Source: Asterias rubens (lineage: Eukaryota). Taken from it: DNA of 64,000 nt. Of this stretch, positions 40,496-54,200 are shown one piece after another. A program made the position numbers and the translations under genes. Numbering within the stretch: position 1 is the stretch's first letter; each line of letters opens with the position of its first letter. The stretch spans positions 15,004,001 to 15,068,000 of the forward strand of contig NC_047072.1 in NCBI RefSeq assembly GCF_902459465.1, given 5' to 3'. The notes under the pieces were generated by a model. The model had not been told where the DNA came from. It saw only the letters and a list, made by a program, of their open reading frames with translations, and ran no database searches.

Positions 40496-43400
40496 CTATT
40501 CTCTTCATGTTTTACTTTTAAAACTGAACATGTATTTAACATTTTGTTGTATTTATTATGATAGGTGCATGTATAAGTAAATGCCCGAGCATTATTAATT
40601 TAAATCAAAATGTAATTTAATTAAAGCTATTGTCAATGATACAAATACAATTTATTTTACGAGAGTTTCTCCATGAGTTAATAAATGCAATCATCGGATT
40701 TACACACAGTAATTTGGGGCATTTTAATCGAATTTTGCTATTTTTAAGAGGTTCTTTTAAGAGGTCCAAATGGTGTTTTCTTAAAGGCCTGTACGACTGA
40801 ATGACTAATGACTCATCAATGTATTCTTCGCCAGTGTTTCGAGGTCCTCCCATCAGACAATTAACATATCATCCCAGGGCCACGGAAAGAAATCCTTGCA
40901 TTGCTTTGTCCAAAGCGAACTCACCTTTTCCTTAAAATAACTTTGTATAGATTAACAAAACATAGCGAAAATAAATGGCTTGGATGTGTTTATTTATTTA
41001 AAGTTGATTGTTCAATTATCATTTTTTTAGCGACTGCTTCGGAATTTCAACACCGAAGAGCAGTATTTCGTGGAAGGATCCCATGGTCTTTCCACCGAAG
41101 TTTAACAGTGAACACGATGTCTGGGGTAGATGGGGTTCTTATCGCAGGGATTGTTCTAACGGTAGCGCTAACAAAGAACGAAAGAAAACAGGAAGATTAA
41201 ATCAATCGTGAAACAGCGACGGGAAGTGACCCGAATGAGACGAACAAGGTACGATGAGGGGGTTTGAGATTACGAAGAGAGGACCAGCGACAAACAACAA
41301 CAACACAGAAAGCCACACTGCCCAAGCGACAAGGCCGAGGACAAGGCTTGTTTTCACTCCTCGCCAGGGTGTTGTTCTTGGGTTTCTCCTCCCCTTGCTA
41401 AACAACAAACCAGAGCAAAAGAATAAAACACGACCGATCTACATCAAAAGAAGGAAAAAACCCAGAAGGTCATCTTCTGTGTAACCAGTTAAGTCCAGAT
41501 TAAATAACACATCAATGCGCCCGGGACTGAAGTTAATCGTTTATTTTTCCCGTTTGTCAGAAGTCCTTGGCTCATCAATGCATTTCCAGCTCGTCACGCA
41601 GACCTCAGTGTGAACTTGGCCGAGGCGTCGGGCTCACGGACGGCCAAGCCATCTCCTGACGACATCGCGACGGGGGTACCGGCCATTTACTCTTTATATT
41701 TGTCAACAGGGCGAAAAACGAGCACAAGAATGGTTTTAATAACTACATCATAAGTGTGAATAGCCAGCCCAGACGAGCACCGCGGTTGGTCTTTAGGCAT
41801 TCAAATCTAACGCCAGTTTTTACTTCCACTCCGGTACATTTGTCAAGTTTTACGCTCTACGAATTCTTCCTAACTGCGCGCGAGGAGTTTGTTTTGTGTA
41901 CAATGAATACGAGTTACATAAATTGGATACAAATGCATTCTTGTCACCGAATGACTTTGTGATTATAATAATTTGCCAAGGCAATAGGTCGAGAAATTGT
42001 CGCGAATTTTCTCAAAGCCGATGTTTTGTTGGCCTACCCGCGGGAGGTGCTATTTGAATGACTCGTAGAAAACACACAACAACAAATACACTTCGCTATT
42101 GGTTCGTTGGTTACCAACACTTTGGGAGTTAGTTCAAAATTGTAACTGTATTTAATTGCTGATGCAATATGAAGAAGCCCACACAGTAAACCAACATAGC
42201 AGAGCTTCAAACCTCAAACTAACGCGGGCTACCAAGACTGGAAAATCCCAACCCAATAAATAGGTCAAACGACAATGCGTTTATGGGGAAAAATGTGCCT
42301 TATGTGAACTAATGTCCGTCCAATTATCTTCCATCATCAACAAATTGTTTTGATTCAACACTGTTGTTCTTACAATGCTATATTGTCTTGTCCATCACAA
42401 CGTAAACTCTGCTTTCTTCAGAAGACGATCAGAGCATACTGATCGGAACGTCGAGTTGAAACCAACGGTTCTTTTCAGAACCACCCCAACTCATTTAGAT
42501 ATAGTCATTACATGGTGTTACCGCAAACCTTTCCATAAACGTAAACTCAATGCATCAAGAACGTTTGACTTCTCATTATTCAGTAAATTATACACTTGGC
42601 AAAAGACAGGGTGAATTTATAACAGGAACAATTGTCAGGATTATTTCGCTGATTGAAATCGTCTAGTTTATAATTACATCGACCAACCCGTGGAAATCAA
42701 ACTTTTGGATGCGTTTTGGGGAATAACGAACAAACGGTTATACATTATGTTTTTTCATTTTTTTTCTTGCACACTGTGCCTATCGAGTAAACCAGAATAT
42801 ATTAAAAAAAAAATTTAAGGAAAAGATCATCGCACATGCGTAGAATAAAAATGGAGGTATTTGTGTCAACTGATATATGTCAAATTTAAATGTAAGATTT
42901 TATGTAAACATTCGTTAATTTGTTTTTCTCACCAGTTCCAGACCAACGTTTGATGTTTACTTCGTTTTGTTGTCTTGTTATAACGCACAATTTTGTTAAT
43001 TCTTTTTTTTTTAAATACACTTATATCCGGGAAACTGACCTATTGAGAGGAATTGTCAGGAAACAAAGTAAGCTTTTAAGAAAAAAACTTCACTTAAAAA
43101 AAGAAAAGCTACATGAATCAGAGCTGCCTGAGAAGCAGACACTTTTCCAATCTACTTGTTGCTTAGTGAAAATGAGCAACAGTCAAAGATTGTGCATAAT
43201 GATCATGGTAAAATTGGCTGGTAACCTTATTCTGGTGCACATAATTTCGTTGTGCTTAGATACTTTTGCTGTTCTAAGAAGCTCTATATTTGGGCCCATA
43301 TCATGTTTTATGAAGGTCCTGACTAAAAACTATTCTTATCTTTTAAGATCAATGGCGTCATCAGGTACGGTTTTGCATTAATCTCCAATTGGATAGTAAC

Positions 43401-45361
43401 AAGTCTGCATTTAGTATTCACACAATCATGATCAAGAGCTACAAGAGCTACATTGTGATGAAACGGCTCCGAAGGGCTTGCTATGAAATGGCCTCGGGTC
43501 AGTTTCCTATTCAATTTGCCTTTCTGTCATACCCTTAACGTATTTTAAGGAAACAGATTTTTGTGTATTTTGTAAGCAACTAAACAAAACGAACAAACTG
43601 ACATAGGACACTTTTCTTGCAGTTTTTGTTACCATGACCTTATTGGAGTTTTCGTGTGTCACTTAAGGCCTATATATGAGATCATGAAGAGCTGTCACAA
43701 ATCATGTCAAAAAGATGTTTCAAGAATACCCAACAAACCCTGCCTCTGGCGAGTAACCATCACAGGACTTCACTAAATGCTCGCATTCTATGGAGTTGTT
43801 ATATTCCAAAGTACTGACACCTTTTAGGGTTTAACACTGTCTGTGGTATTTACTCTTGATAATTAAGTTCCCGATTCGGAGAGGGGTAACAATCACACAG
43901 TCTGACCTTCCGTAGGGATTACACCTTTGGCGAGTAAGTTTGTAAGAGTGACTTGTTAAAGACAACACTCAGATGGAAGGGTCGTGTTGAAATCCGCTAA
44001 GAGTGAGTGTTAGACAAGATTCGCATACTTTACTCTGGCTTATAACAGTTTGGCTTCTTCCTGGAGATAAGGAGGAAGCATTGAGTTTTTCCTTGGGGAC
44101 AATCAAGATATAACTGTCTTGGATAGGTTGGGGGAAACATCAGTACATAAGATTGATGATGTAAACTTAACAAACTCGACAGTTTTTTCTCAGTCATGTA
44201 ATTTTAGTAAGACATTTTGCAAATACAAGAAAAGAACAGCGAGAAATGACACATGTTTTGAGCTCCTGTTATCACTTAATTTCAGATGAAGACGGTTTGG
44301 GGGATCAACTGCTCGTCTTTTATGAAGTAATCCCTGGGGGTTGGACGAAAGCAAACACCCAAAGATTTCAGGATTAAAAGCCGGACTTTTAGCTTTTGTT
44401 CTGTTTTGTGGAAGCACATGAGAATGTGTCTTTATGAGTGAATACCGTCTGGAAGTTAAGCCATACTAACAGACATTTTGCTTGTCGTTATCATAAGCCT
44501 TCTGAAGTGGATTATTAGTGCTTATGGTCCCGTCCAGTAACGAGGTACTGCACGCAAATTAGAAACACTCAAAATTGTTGACACGTGACGTCATTGGAGG
44601 CCAGCCATTTTGAATAACTGCTTCAACTCTTAAACAAGAATCAGACGAACGCAAATTCAATCTAAGAAGTATTTGACAATAGTTATGTTAATTGTTGAGG
44701 ATGTAGTTACAATGTTGATCAACCAAGGCACATTTTCAACCTCGTACATTCACAATAGTGAATTCGTCACATATACATTGCGATAGTTATCCCTATATGG
44801 TTACAAAAGAACTGAGTTTCTGCTTCGTCAAACAAATTACTAACCATTTGGATCTTCCCAAAATTTACTTTCGATCACTGAGTATGAGAAGACCTATACA
44901 AATAAAGTGTCTGGTCGAATAAACGTTTTCTGAATCTTATAAAACTTCCTTTATAAAAGTAGTCAATGTAAAAATCTTGGCACTTATGTCGGTGTATTTT
45001 GACAACACCTCGTGGTGATTAGGGGTAACACGTGCTCATTAGGAGGTGTAATTGGGCGATTAACCACACCAAGGAGATTGCCACTTTCTGACATTCTCAA
45101 TGGATGAGCACGACTCAAAGTTAACGTGACACGATCTGTCTGCAGGGAACAAGTCAGTTGTCAGACATCATACAGAGTTTTTAGCATGGGTCTGAAACAG
45201 CCGGCGACTGTTTGGCGAGTCCATTTTGTGATTAGCTTCACTCTGATACTGAGATTATATGACCAACTGCTTGAATAAGACTTAAATAGGGCTAGGTTTG
45301 CTTGAGAATCAAATGTATTAACATATTTATTACTTCTGGTTTGTAGTTAGTAATTAGCCAA

Positions 45362-45489
45362 AGCCCGTGAGTTTAAACTAAGCTATCATCGCACATTGTC
45401 CGCAATGATCTACAGAAGAGCCCAGAGCCCGTGAGTTTAAACTAAGCTATCATCGCACATTGTCCGCAATGATCTACAGAAGAGCCCAG
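45362..45489. repeat. Perfect tandem duplication, 2 x 64 bp
   Basis: agcccgtgagtttaaactaagctatcatcgcacattgtccgcaatgatctacagaagagcccag at 45362 and 45426. Confidence 0.95.
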
Positions 45490-48243
45490 CTCTCTCTTTC
45501 TCTATCTCTCTCTGTTTCGAGAAGTTTTGTGCACAACTTTTTAAAGGCAGTTATACCTCGTCTCTAGTTTTCACTATACAACATTACATGCACACAGCAT
45601 TTACTACAAGTTTGCTATTAGTTTAATCCACTCTGGACGCCAAGACGAGGAAAACTGTCATATAAAAGTTAAAACCTCTTTCTTTCTGAAAACTCACGTC
45701 GTTGTCTTGTTCATATCCACCTGCAACTAGCTGTTATAAGCTTAATTTTAGAAATGCGTGATTTGTAGATGGATGAGAAGATGTGCTAACTGTAAATAAA
45801 ATAGTACAACCAAACGGTAAATTTACACGTGTTTAGAGAAAGGCAACATGCCAGTTGTGGCCCCTCCCCAGACCTTCACTACACGGCCCCGATCTACTAA
45901 TACCTTTATGTAAATCCGACCGTTGTAACCGAATTAGAATCAATCATGGAACACATCAGTAATCTTCTCTTTAAAAGAAAATCAGAAGAGCTACCCTCCC
46001 ATACACTAAATCATAGACCAGACAAACAAACCCAGCTCAGAAGAGACAAACCGACTGTCAAAGTGGTGTAACAAGGGTTAACCATCATCACCAGAACACA
46101 TAGATCAAGCACATTGCAAACAAGCCAAGTGTGCCCTATCGAGGCACAGCTTCACACCAATACCATGCCTAGGGGTGTTCAGCCAGAGACAATAGGGGAG
46201 TTTTACCAGGTGTTTGCCACCATTGTAAGGAGGTGACTTCACGGGTTGTCGAAACAAAATGATAGCTGCTTTGAAGTCATGGAAAGGTTCATCACCCAGA
46301 GTATACAATACCTTGCAATCTACTATCTACATGGCAAGACTTCGTGGAAAAAAATAAAACACACACAGACCAAATTGTTCACACAGTGCTAGCTAACGGT
46401 TATGTTACAAATGTTGAATGAGGTGAGACTCTGTAAGAGCTGTTTGGAGGTGGGCCATCATCAGCAGATTCATAGTCATAGTAGGCTCTTTATCCCATCT
46501 TCCTGACACCAAACCATTCCAAACTAGTAAATCAAGATTTACAATACAACACAGTAATGTGTGACACACTCTATGCACTGATGAAGTGACAGTTTACATT
46601 GAAACATCCCTTGAGTCCTACCATTACAGCAAACCTATGGTGAGACGGACACCTAAAGCCACAATCAACACTCACTAGCTCCAGGCAAAGCAATTTCACA
46701 TGACACACCAAATTTACCATTCCCCTGTTGATCGCCCTTCATTCCCTAAGCAAAATGCACTCACTTTTGTTGTCTTGTTTTTCTACGTGACGGGCCAATT
46801 GACTTTCAGTCACAGCGTTTTGGACTCTTAAAGTTAAAGTGTTAATAAAATAAATAAAATGTTGCGTTTATAATTCTCTTGACACCTCATTCGTTTATTT
46901 CTTGTTTTTCAAGATGATGTGGGTTGATTGAACAATGAATCAAACAAACAAACTGACAACCCTAAAATACTGCAGTTCTCATGACATTTATGCAAAAATA
47001 TTATTCATCTTCTAATGTAAACTTTCTTAGGTTTCCTCCAAATAAAAATGTGAAGATTGGCTCAAACCTCAATAGTCTTTGGTACGACCAGTGGAAAGTT
47101 CCCAATATTGTCACTTGGAAGCAGGAATCTGCTTACTACAATTTTTTACGCTTACGGACCTCTGTAATTACATGATTCTATGGACCATAAAGCAAATAAT
47201 TCCACGGTAAGCAGAGCCATTAAAATAAGCATACTAGGTTATTTCTTAATGAACCCAAAGCTTACTGTGTATTGTGATGTGTTATGAGAAGTTGTATTTG
47301 ACGCATCATTCTGTTATCATTACAAAATCAAATTGCTTCATTGGCTTTTCTTAATATCATGATTATGTTTTAATTGAATTCATAATGATAGCAGGAGGAG
47401 GAGCACGAACGATTATTAGTTAACGTCATTTTTATTTATTGGCATTCAGCGAGGGTTTCCGATCGGAAGGGTGCCGTCATATTGAGCAAATTACCCGCCA
47501 CCTCAGTGGACTCGCTCGCTTCATTCTCTCGGTCAAGACACCGTACTCAGTTATTGTAATCGCATGACAAAGGAGTGAATTTCACTGTATAACAGTATCA
47601 TTTTTAGCAAGAAATTGCTCTGTTGTTACATCGGTCGCGTCTATTTGTCTGATGGGGTTACGACCCACACGCCTGGGGACGCTCCATGGGGGTAATACGG
47701 GCAGCAATACGGGCATCGTATGCCGGGCCGGAGGATTGGACTGACTACCAACCATCCGGTCAGAATCATGATCCTGTCCTGCTCATTGCATTCAACCAAT
47801 GTTTCTATAATATCAACATACACGGCACCGCCATTGTCCAATCATCATCCAGAGATTTCGTTTTTTGGGGGGACTGAGCCGCAATAACAAAAGCCACCCA
47901 AATAGAATTATCCGCCATTGTATTGTCATGCTAATCCAAATAGGGGGTAGGATTCGTCCTTAACTTGGCCCCTCAGTAGCCCACGTGACTGACAGGGTGG
48001 CCCTGTCGAATTGCCCTGTGTTATGAATAAGTAAAAGGCGACCCCAATAACTTGATGGATTTGAGTGGAGTTCAGGACCACTAGACACCCGTAGTTCTTG
48101 AAAACTTTGGGCATAACAACCACAAGTATCCCTGCTGGATCATCTTTGATTTTAGACGCTTGCATAACTGTGTTGATTGTATAATGGCAGTTTGTACGGA
48201 TCGTTCAACGCAAATTATAAGCACATCTCACCCTGGTCGGACC

Positions 48244-51200
48244 ATGGAAATGGTAAATGCTGCTCAACGGGCAATGAACGCCAAAGTCACATCTACATCA
48301 AGTAAGTGTCACATTACTATTTGAAAAAAAAAATCTTATCAGCTTTGAAAATTATGACTCTGTATTTCAATTTCAACGAATTTACTTTAGATCTATAACA
48401 AAAGTAAAAGTAAAATTAAAAGTTGTTAGAAACAATACAGCAGAATATAAAATAAGAACTCGGTAAAATACACTAAAAGTTTTTAGAATCATGGATATTG
48501 TTATATTCAATTCAAGTTTATAGTAGTTATTTCTCTTAGAATTTTAAACAAACCTTTAAAAAGTAAAGAATATGATGTGGTAAACTATGCCCCACACAGA
48601 ATAATATTACGTGTAACACGGTAGCGAGCTTTGCGTAATACCGGTAGTACCTACACAGTGCGTAAGACCGGTAGCACAGATACATTGCGTAAGACCGGTA
48701 GTTACCCATGCAGGGGGAACTACTGTGCGTCACACCAGTAGCTGGTTTTGCACCTGCTGAACTACAGCGGTCCACTAGCTGCGACTCCGAGCATGCTCTG
48801 AGTCACCAGGGTTTAAGATTTATGATATGTGCTTACAATATTACTTCTAATATAGCCCCATTTCAGCCAGCCTATTTACAAACAATATATACAACAACAT
48901 TTAAAGTATTGCCTTTTCAATAAGAAAGCATCCACAAAGTTTTAAAAGATAAAAACAAGTAGCCTACCCAATAGTTCTGATCATTGATCTCCAGCAATCG
49001 GGTATTCAGCTTCTATACAGTTGTAAATCAGCCATGTGCATGAAACCCTAAACACTGCAAATAATGTTTCGCGTGAAATAATTTGCTTATGTTTATCCGA
49101 GTCTAAGCAACATATGCATTTTTAATTGTAGTCGTGAGTAAGAACAACAGTTTGGCGGGAAGAAGAGTAGATTTGAATCTACTAAAAAATAATTTAATGT
49201 GATGGGAATGTTATCAAACTCAAATCATTTGAAAAGTATGTATGTCTATTTTTTCATAAAAACAGTCGACCCGCGTATTGCTCCATTTACTTCATGAAAT
49301 TTCATTTGAAGAGCTAGAAGGCAAGTATAAATAAATGTATCAGCTTTTTAGGCGACGAATAACATGCTATTTTTAATTTAAATATCGGCAAAGAGTCTCT
49401 TAAAAATGTGTATAAATGTTTCCATTTTCTGTCGACATGCTTGAAACCTTGCCTCCCCCTCCCTAGAAACATAAATCATCCACCGTCTTCTACCCCTCCC
49501 ATCTCCCATTTCTAGAAACATAAATCCTCCACCGTTTTAAAAAGAAAGAATCCCCTCCCTCGGGGAAGGCTACACCACTTTATTATCCTCTAAGAAAAGC
49601 AGAAGAAGAAACATTTCTTTGGTAAAGAGTTAATTCCCAGCGTTTACAATCCTTCAAAGGGTGACGTGTTGGTCATTAGTCAACGCATTAGCCATTACGG
49701 TCCGACTCAATCGGAATGCTATACTTCTGTTGTGACTTAAATGACCACTCTTAAATAGGATCTGACATCTGTTGCTGCAGGCACGTACATCTATAGATAC
49801 TCTTCATCAAATCAGGGTTGGTCACATTCGAAATTTGGCAGCTCGGAAGAATGTAAAAAATAAGGGAACATCGACACAATTCTGTTTTGGTGATGAAAAT
49901 AAACACCAAAACCATTTCTCTACTTGTTTCAATTGGGTAATGCAGCCTTAGTTTGAACAAAACATCATTGCGGTTTTTAGGAGAATAAGTTTTTTTTTAT
50001 CGCTTGCTTGAGGACGAGAATAATAAACTACTCCAGAAGATTCCAGCCCAGGAGTTGTAGATTCCAATTCAGAAGCTAAGCTGTCAGTCATTCCAAATCA
50101 AATGGCTCAATGAAGTGGTTTTCTTTAATTGTTAAACCAACTCATTGTTAGACTCTTGTATAGACGTTTTGATGTGCGAAATCTTGAGAGCAACAATTAA
50201 AAACTGAAAAGGGCAATCTTGAGATTTCAAGGAGACTTTTAAAATCTGGGCACCACGGAAATTAGACGTCAGTGGAAAAAACCGCAAGTCATAATGAATT
50301 TTGTTGGTCTGCAAAGATGTCAAATTATGTATCAATTAAAACAATCGATTCAAAATTCTGGTAGAATCAAATCTCGTTTTTAAGCTCGCAAACTCTTTTT
50401 ATAAATAGTTTTGCAGAAAGTTTGTAATAGATTGCTGCAGCAATATTTTGAGTTACATGCAGAAAGTAATCAAGATGACACAACTGTTCTGGCTTGCTTT
50501 ATAAGTAGTTTCATGAATCAATATAATTAATGTTTTCAAATAACTTTACAAACCTTTAGTCAAACATTTGTCAGGACATCAATCGAGCAAAACATGTGGA
50601 ATACAAACTTTTATACCATCAGTTTCAGTCTGCAAGAAACCTCTCTCAGATATTAAAGATTTGTATTCTTTTCAACTGAAAATCACCAAGTCATATAATC
50701 TGTATTAAAAATTAACTTGTACTTTGCATCTATTCATGACGGATTAAAGGGATAATCTGGTTGAATTTGAGATCTTAGTGATGAATTCAAAAGATCTCCA
50801 TGGATACAAACTTCTAGAGTTGAGAAATAGTGTGTGTCCCGTAGAGCATAATGGAGCGACTTTATATCCCCACAACATGCCGTCCATCAAAGAGACAACA
50901 CGCAACCCCAAGAAAAGAGTCTCAACAAAAATCGGATTTCATACTCAGACGCTAAACCCGTCATTAATAACTTCGAAGATGAAGTCAACGCCTGAAAAAT
51001 AATAGGAATACAACTTGTAAGAATGCCTGGTATTACTGCCACACTGACTTGCTGAAATCCCTAAGTGTTCCGGGAACAATGCAGGGGCTTTTGGACCACG
51101 CTGGGCAAGGCAAAAGGCGCTCAAATCCGGGCGAATGATTCGGCCCTCAACACGGCTTTTGTGGGAGTTTCGACTAAACTGGGCACACGTTATTTATGAA

Positions 51201-54200
51201 AGCTTTTTAACGGTAAATCGCCTTTACTCTGTGCATGTACAGTCGAAATCTTTCCTCTTTATCGTTAATCTTAAGTCTAATCCAGTCCTTTTTTTCCTTC
51301 GTCTGTTTCTTGTCGAGTGTTTAACTCTCTGCCAAACTCAGATTGCTAATTATGTTCTAATCTTAAGACCCAAGGTTAATTTAGACAGCAAGTAGAACGA
51401 AGGGTTATATTTAGAACTGTTATATTACATGCAGCGTAGACGAGCGTTTTAATAAAATAGAAAACCAAACTGACTGTTTTTTGCTAATAATATTAAGCGC
51501 ATACGTGATACAATTTAAAAACATTAATTCGTGATGATTGCACAAAGGATTACCAAGACATCAAACCAATAGAAAATAAAATTAAGACAAATTACAAACA
51601 CAATTTATTAATTTTGTAAAACTTATCACATGAAAACAGTATTTTCTGATTTGTTATTAAAGTATTCACGTAAAGTGAAATGCATTTGAATTTCGGGAAG
51701 TATATAAACCCCTTAATTACATTCAATACTGGCGACTCATCTGACATTCATGTACAACATGTTCACATAATTATTATTTATTTATGCATGTTTTTATCTG
51801 CATGACAGGACGACATTAACGCAAATGAGTTTTCTTATTATAACATGAGCTCCTCTCCTATTCAGAGTGAATTGTGCTTTTATTTTCGAGGCCGGTTCTA
51901 AAAGATATTTTGCAAGTTAGTTTAAAAACACAAAGATTGCTTTGAGTAAGAAAACTCAAAAGTCACTAAAGTCAAGTGCCAACATAAAAAAGGGGAAAAT
52001 CAATTGCATCGACGGAATGTTTTACCATTGAACGCGAGCGATTTTTAGGTGTCAGTATATATAGTTGTTGTTTTTATACGTTCCATCATAAAAAACAATA
52101 GCTCAATATGTCGATAAAAAATATCGATGTGAAAGAGTTTATGATAACGATACTGTGATGTACGTGTAGTCTCTATAACACATAATATTGTACACAACTA
52201 TATATCTCGTCAGTATCCTATATACAGAGTTTGGTCCATAACATTTTGTAAAAGATTCTTACATGCCTATAAATCATATTCATGAATCAATTATAAATTT
52301 TTTCAAAGTGTAAATCCAAATTTAATTTGTTTGTCTAACTAAAAACCGCAGAACAAATATTATGCTTGGTTATCGGAGTTGGTGCAGAATGAAAGGGAAA
52401 AGACAAATCTAGTCCCAAACAGGTGTGCTGCCCTTTCCCCATTCATTAACAACTCTAAAGATAAATCGCGTCTAAGTATTAGGATTGTTAGTCCAGTCAG
52501 TCTTGTTACTTTCTTAAGATAGGTCTTTGAGATCCCAACTTTGCATGCCAGCAATGGTCAATCTATTAACTCATCTTAATGAGGGATGATCTTTTGTGGT
52601 CAACTCGAACAGCAATTGAGTTGAGGACCTCCCCTAAAAAGACAGATGAAAGAAGGTCAGATGGACCTCTCCAAAGTTATGAGCACTCTTTACTCCCTAG
52701 CAGAGTTACATCAAAATACCCTTACCGAACCCTTCAACCAAGGTACCCATTCCAAGATCTTATTTCGTCCATGGCTTTCATGAGCTCTGCAGAGCAAAAT
52801 CTTTCACCAATGTGTTTATCGACATTTGTTGAAAAACTCAAAACAAAAAGCATACGTCAGAAGAAAATACAATGTTTTGGCCTTAAACAACAGATTCTGA
52901 AATCTTTGCCAGTTTATTCTGAGTGACAATACTGTCAAAATATCGAACTTCTGAAATGGTGTCAACTTTATACAAAAGAGCGGGTGATAATCATTGACGG
53001 GCCCGATGGCTCAAGGCCCGACCACTCGACTGATCTCAGGCTTGCTGTGATGCGCAAGGTTAGCGGTCCTAGAGTAGAATGAGTGCGGGTGGAGGGTACT
53101 TGTAGAGAGAGTTTTGATAGGGCAATGATGAGGGGCCAATTAGGCTGACCACCGGGGGCGGGGGCTCATGTTCATAAAATGATAACATATAAATTGTTGG
53201 GTTTTTTTTTTTTGGGGGGGGGGGGTGGTGAGAGTTCCACGTTTTGTAATATCTCATGGTTTTGATGATTACTTACAGATGAAACTGAGTGGTCACAAAA
53301 TGTTCTATAACCAAAAACATTTCATCAAATATTTTTATGATTTGTTTCCCTCACGAATAGATAAAGTATTTATAACCTATAAATAATCACACAACCTTGC
53401 GCTTAAAAACAATGGACTTGATCAAACAAATACCAAAACAATTTCATTTTCTCTTTATCGCAATTCTGTTATATATTTTTGAAACTCTTTTTATTTTAAT
53501 GATGCAACGTCACTTATGTTTGCGTCCAAGAAAGCTGATAATCGAATGGAGTTTTAATGTAACAATTCCAGGAGAAGTCAGTTTATATGAAAACACGCGT
53601 CTTGTGTCTATTATATTTTTGTGTGTGATTGGCTAATTTCTAAATGTTAATATTATTTTTCCCAGGTCGTATACTGGACATCCCATGCAAGGTGTGTGGT
53701 GACCGTAGTTCGGGCAAGCACTACGGCGTGTATGCCTGTGACGGCTGCAGTGGGTTCTTCAAGCGAAGTATTCGGCGCAATCGTACCTATGCATGTAAGA
53801 ACCGTAGCGGTGGACCATGCCCCATCGACAAGACCCATCGGAACCAGTGCAGGGCGTGTCGACTCAAAAAATGTATCCAAGTGGATATGAATAAAGATGG
53901 TAAGTTTCATATTAAGGTTTCACAATTTAATTTACCGGTATAAAACAATGTACTTGCTTGACAACTTGTTTGAAATGTTAGAGAGCGATGAGGGGACCTA
54001 GGGAATGATAATGCAAAAACAGCCGGTTACGATGTAAAAAAGAGTGTTATACATTTTAACAAAAAACTTCACCTTTATCAATATTAAAAGCACACTGTTT
54101 CTGATATGGTAACACCTGCGAGTTATAGTAAACATTCCGAAGCTGAACTGTGTTTTATTCATCTTCATTGCTATTGCTGTTTAGTGGAACACTAACCCAC

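Noticed and set aside
42920-43381. 153-aa ORF in the gene desert
   Set aside because: AT-rich, weak start, no recognisable domain or exon partners.
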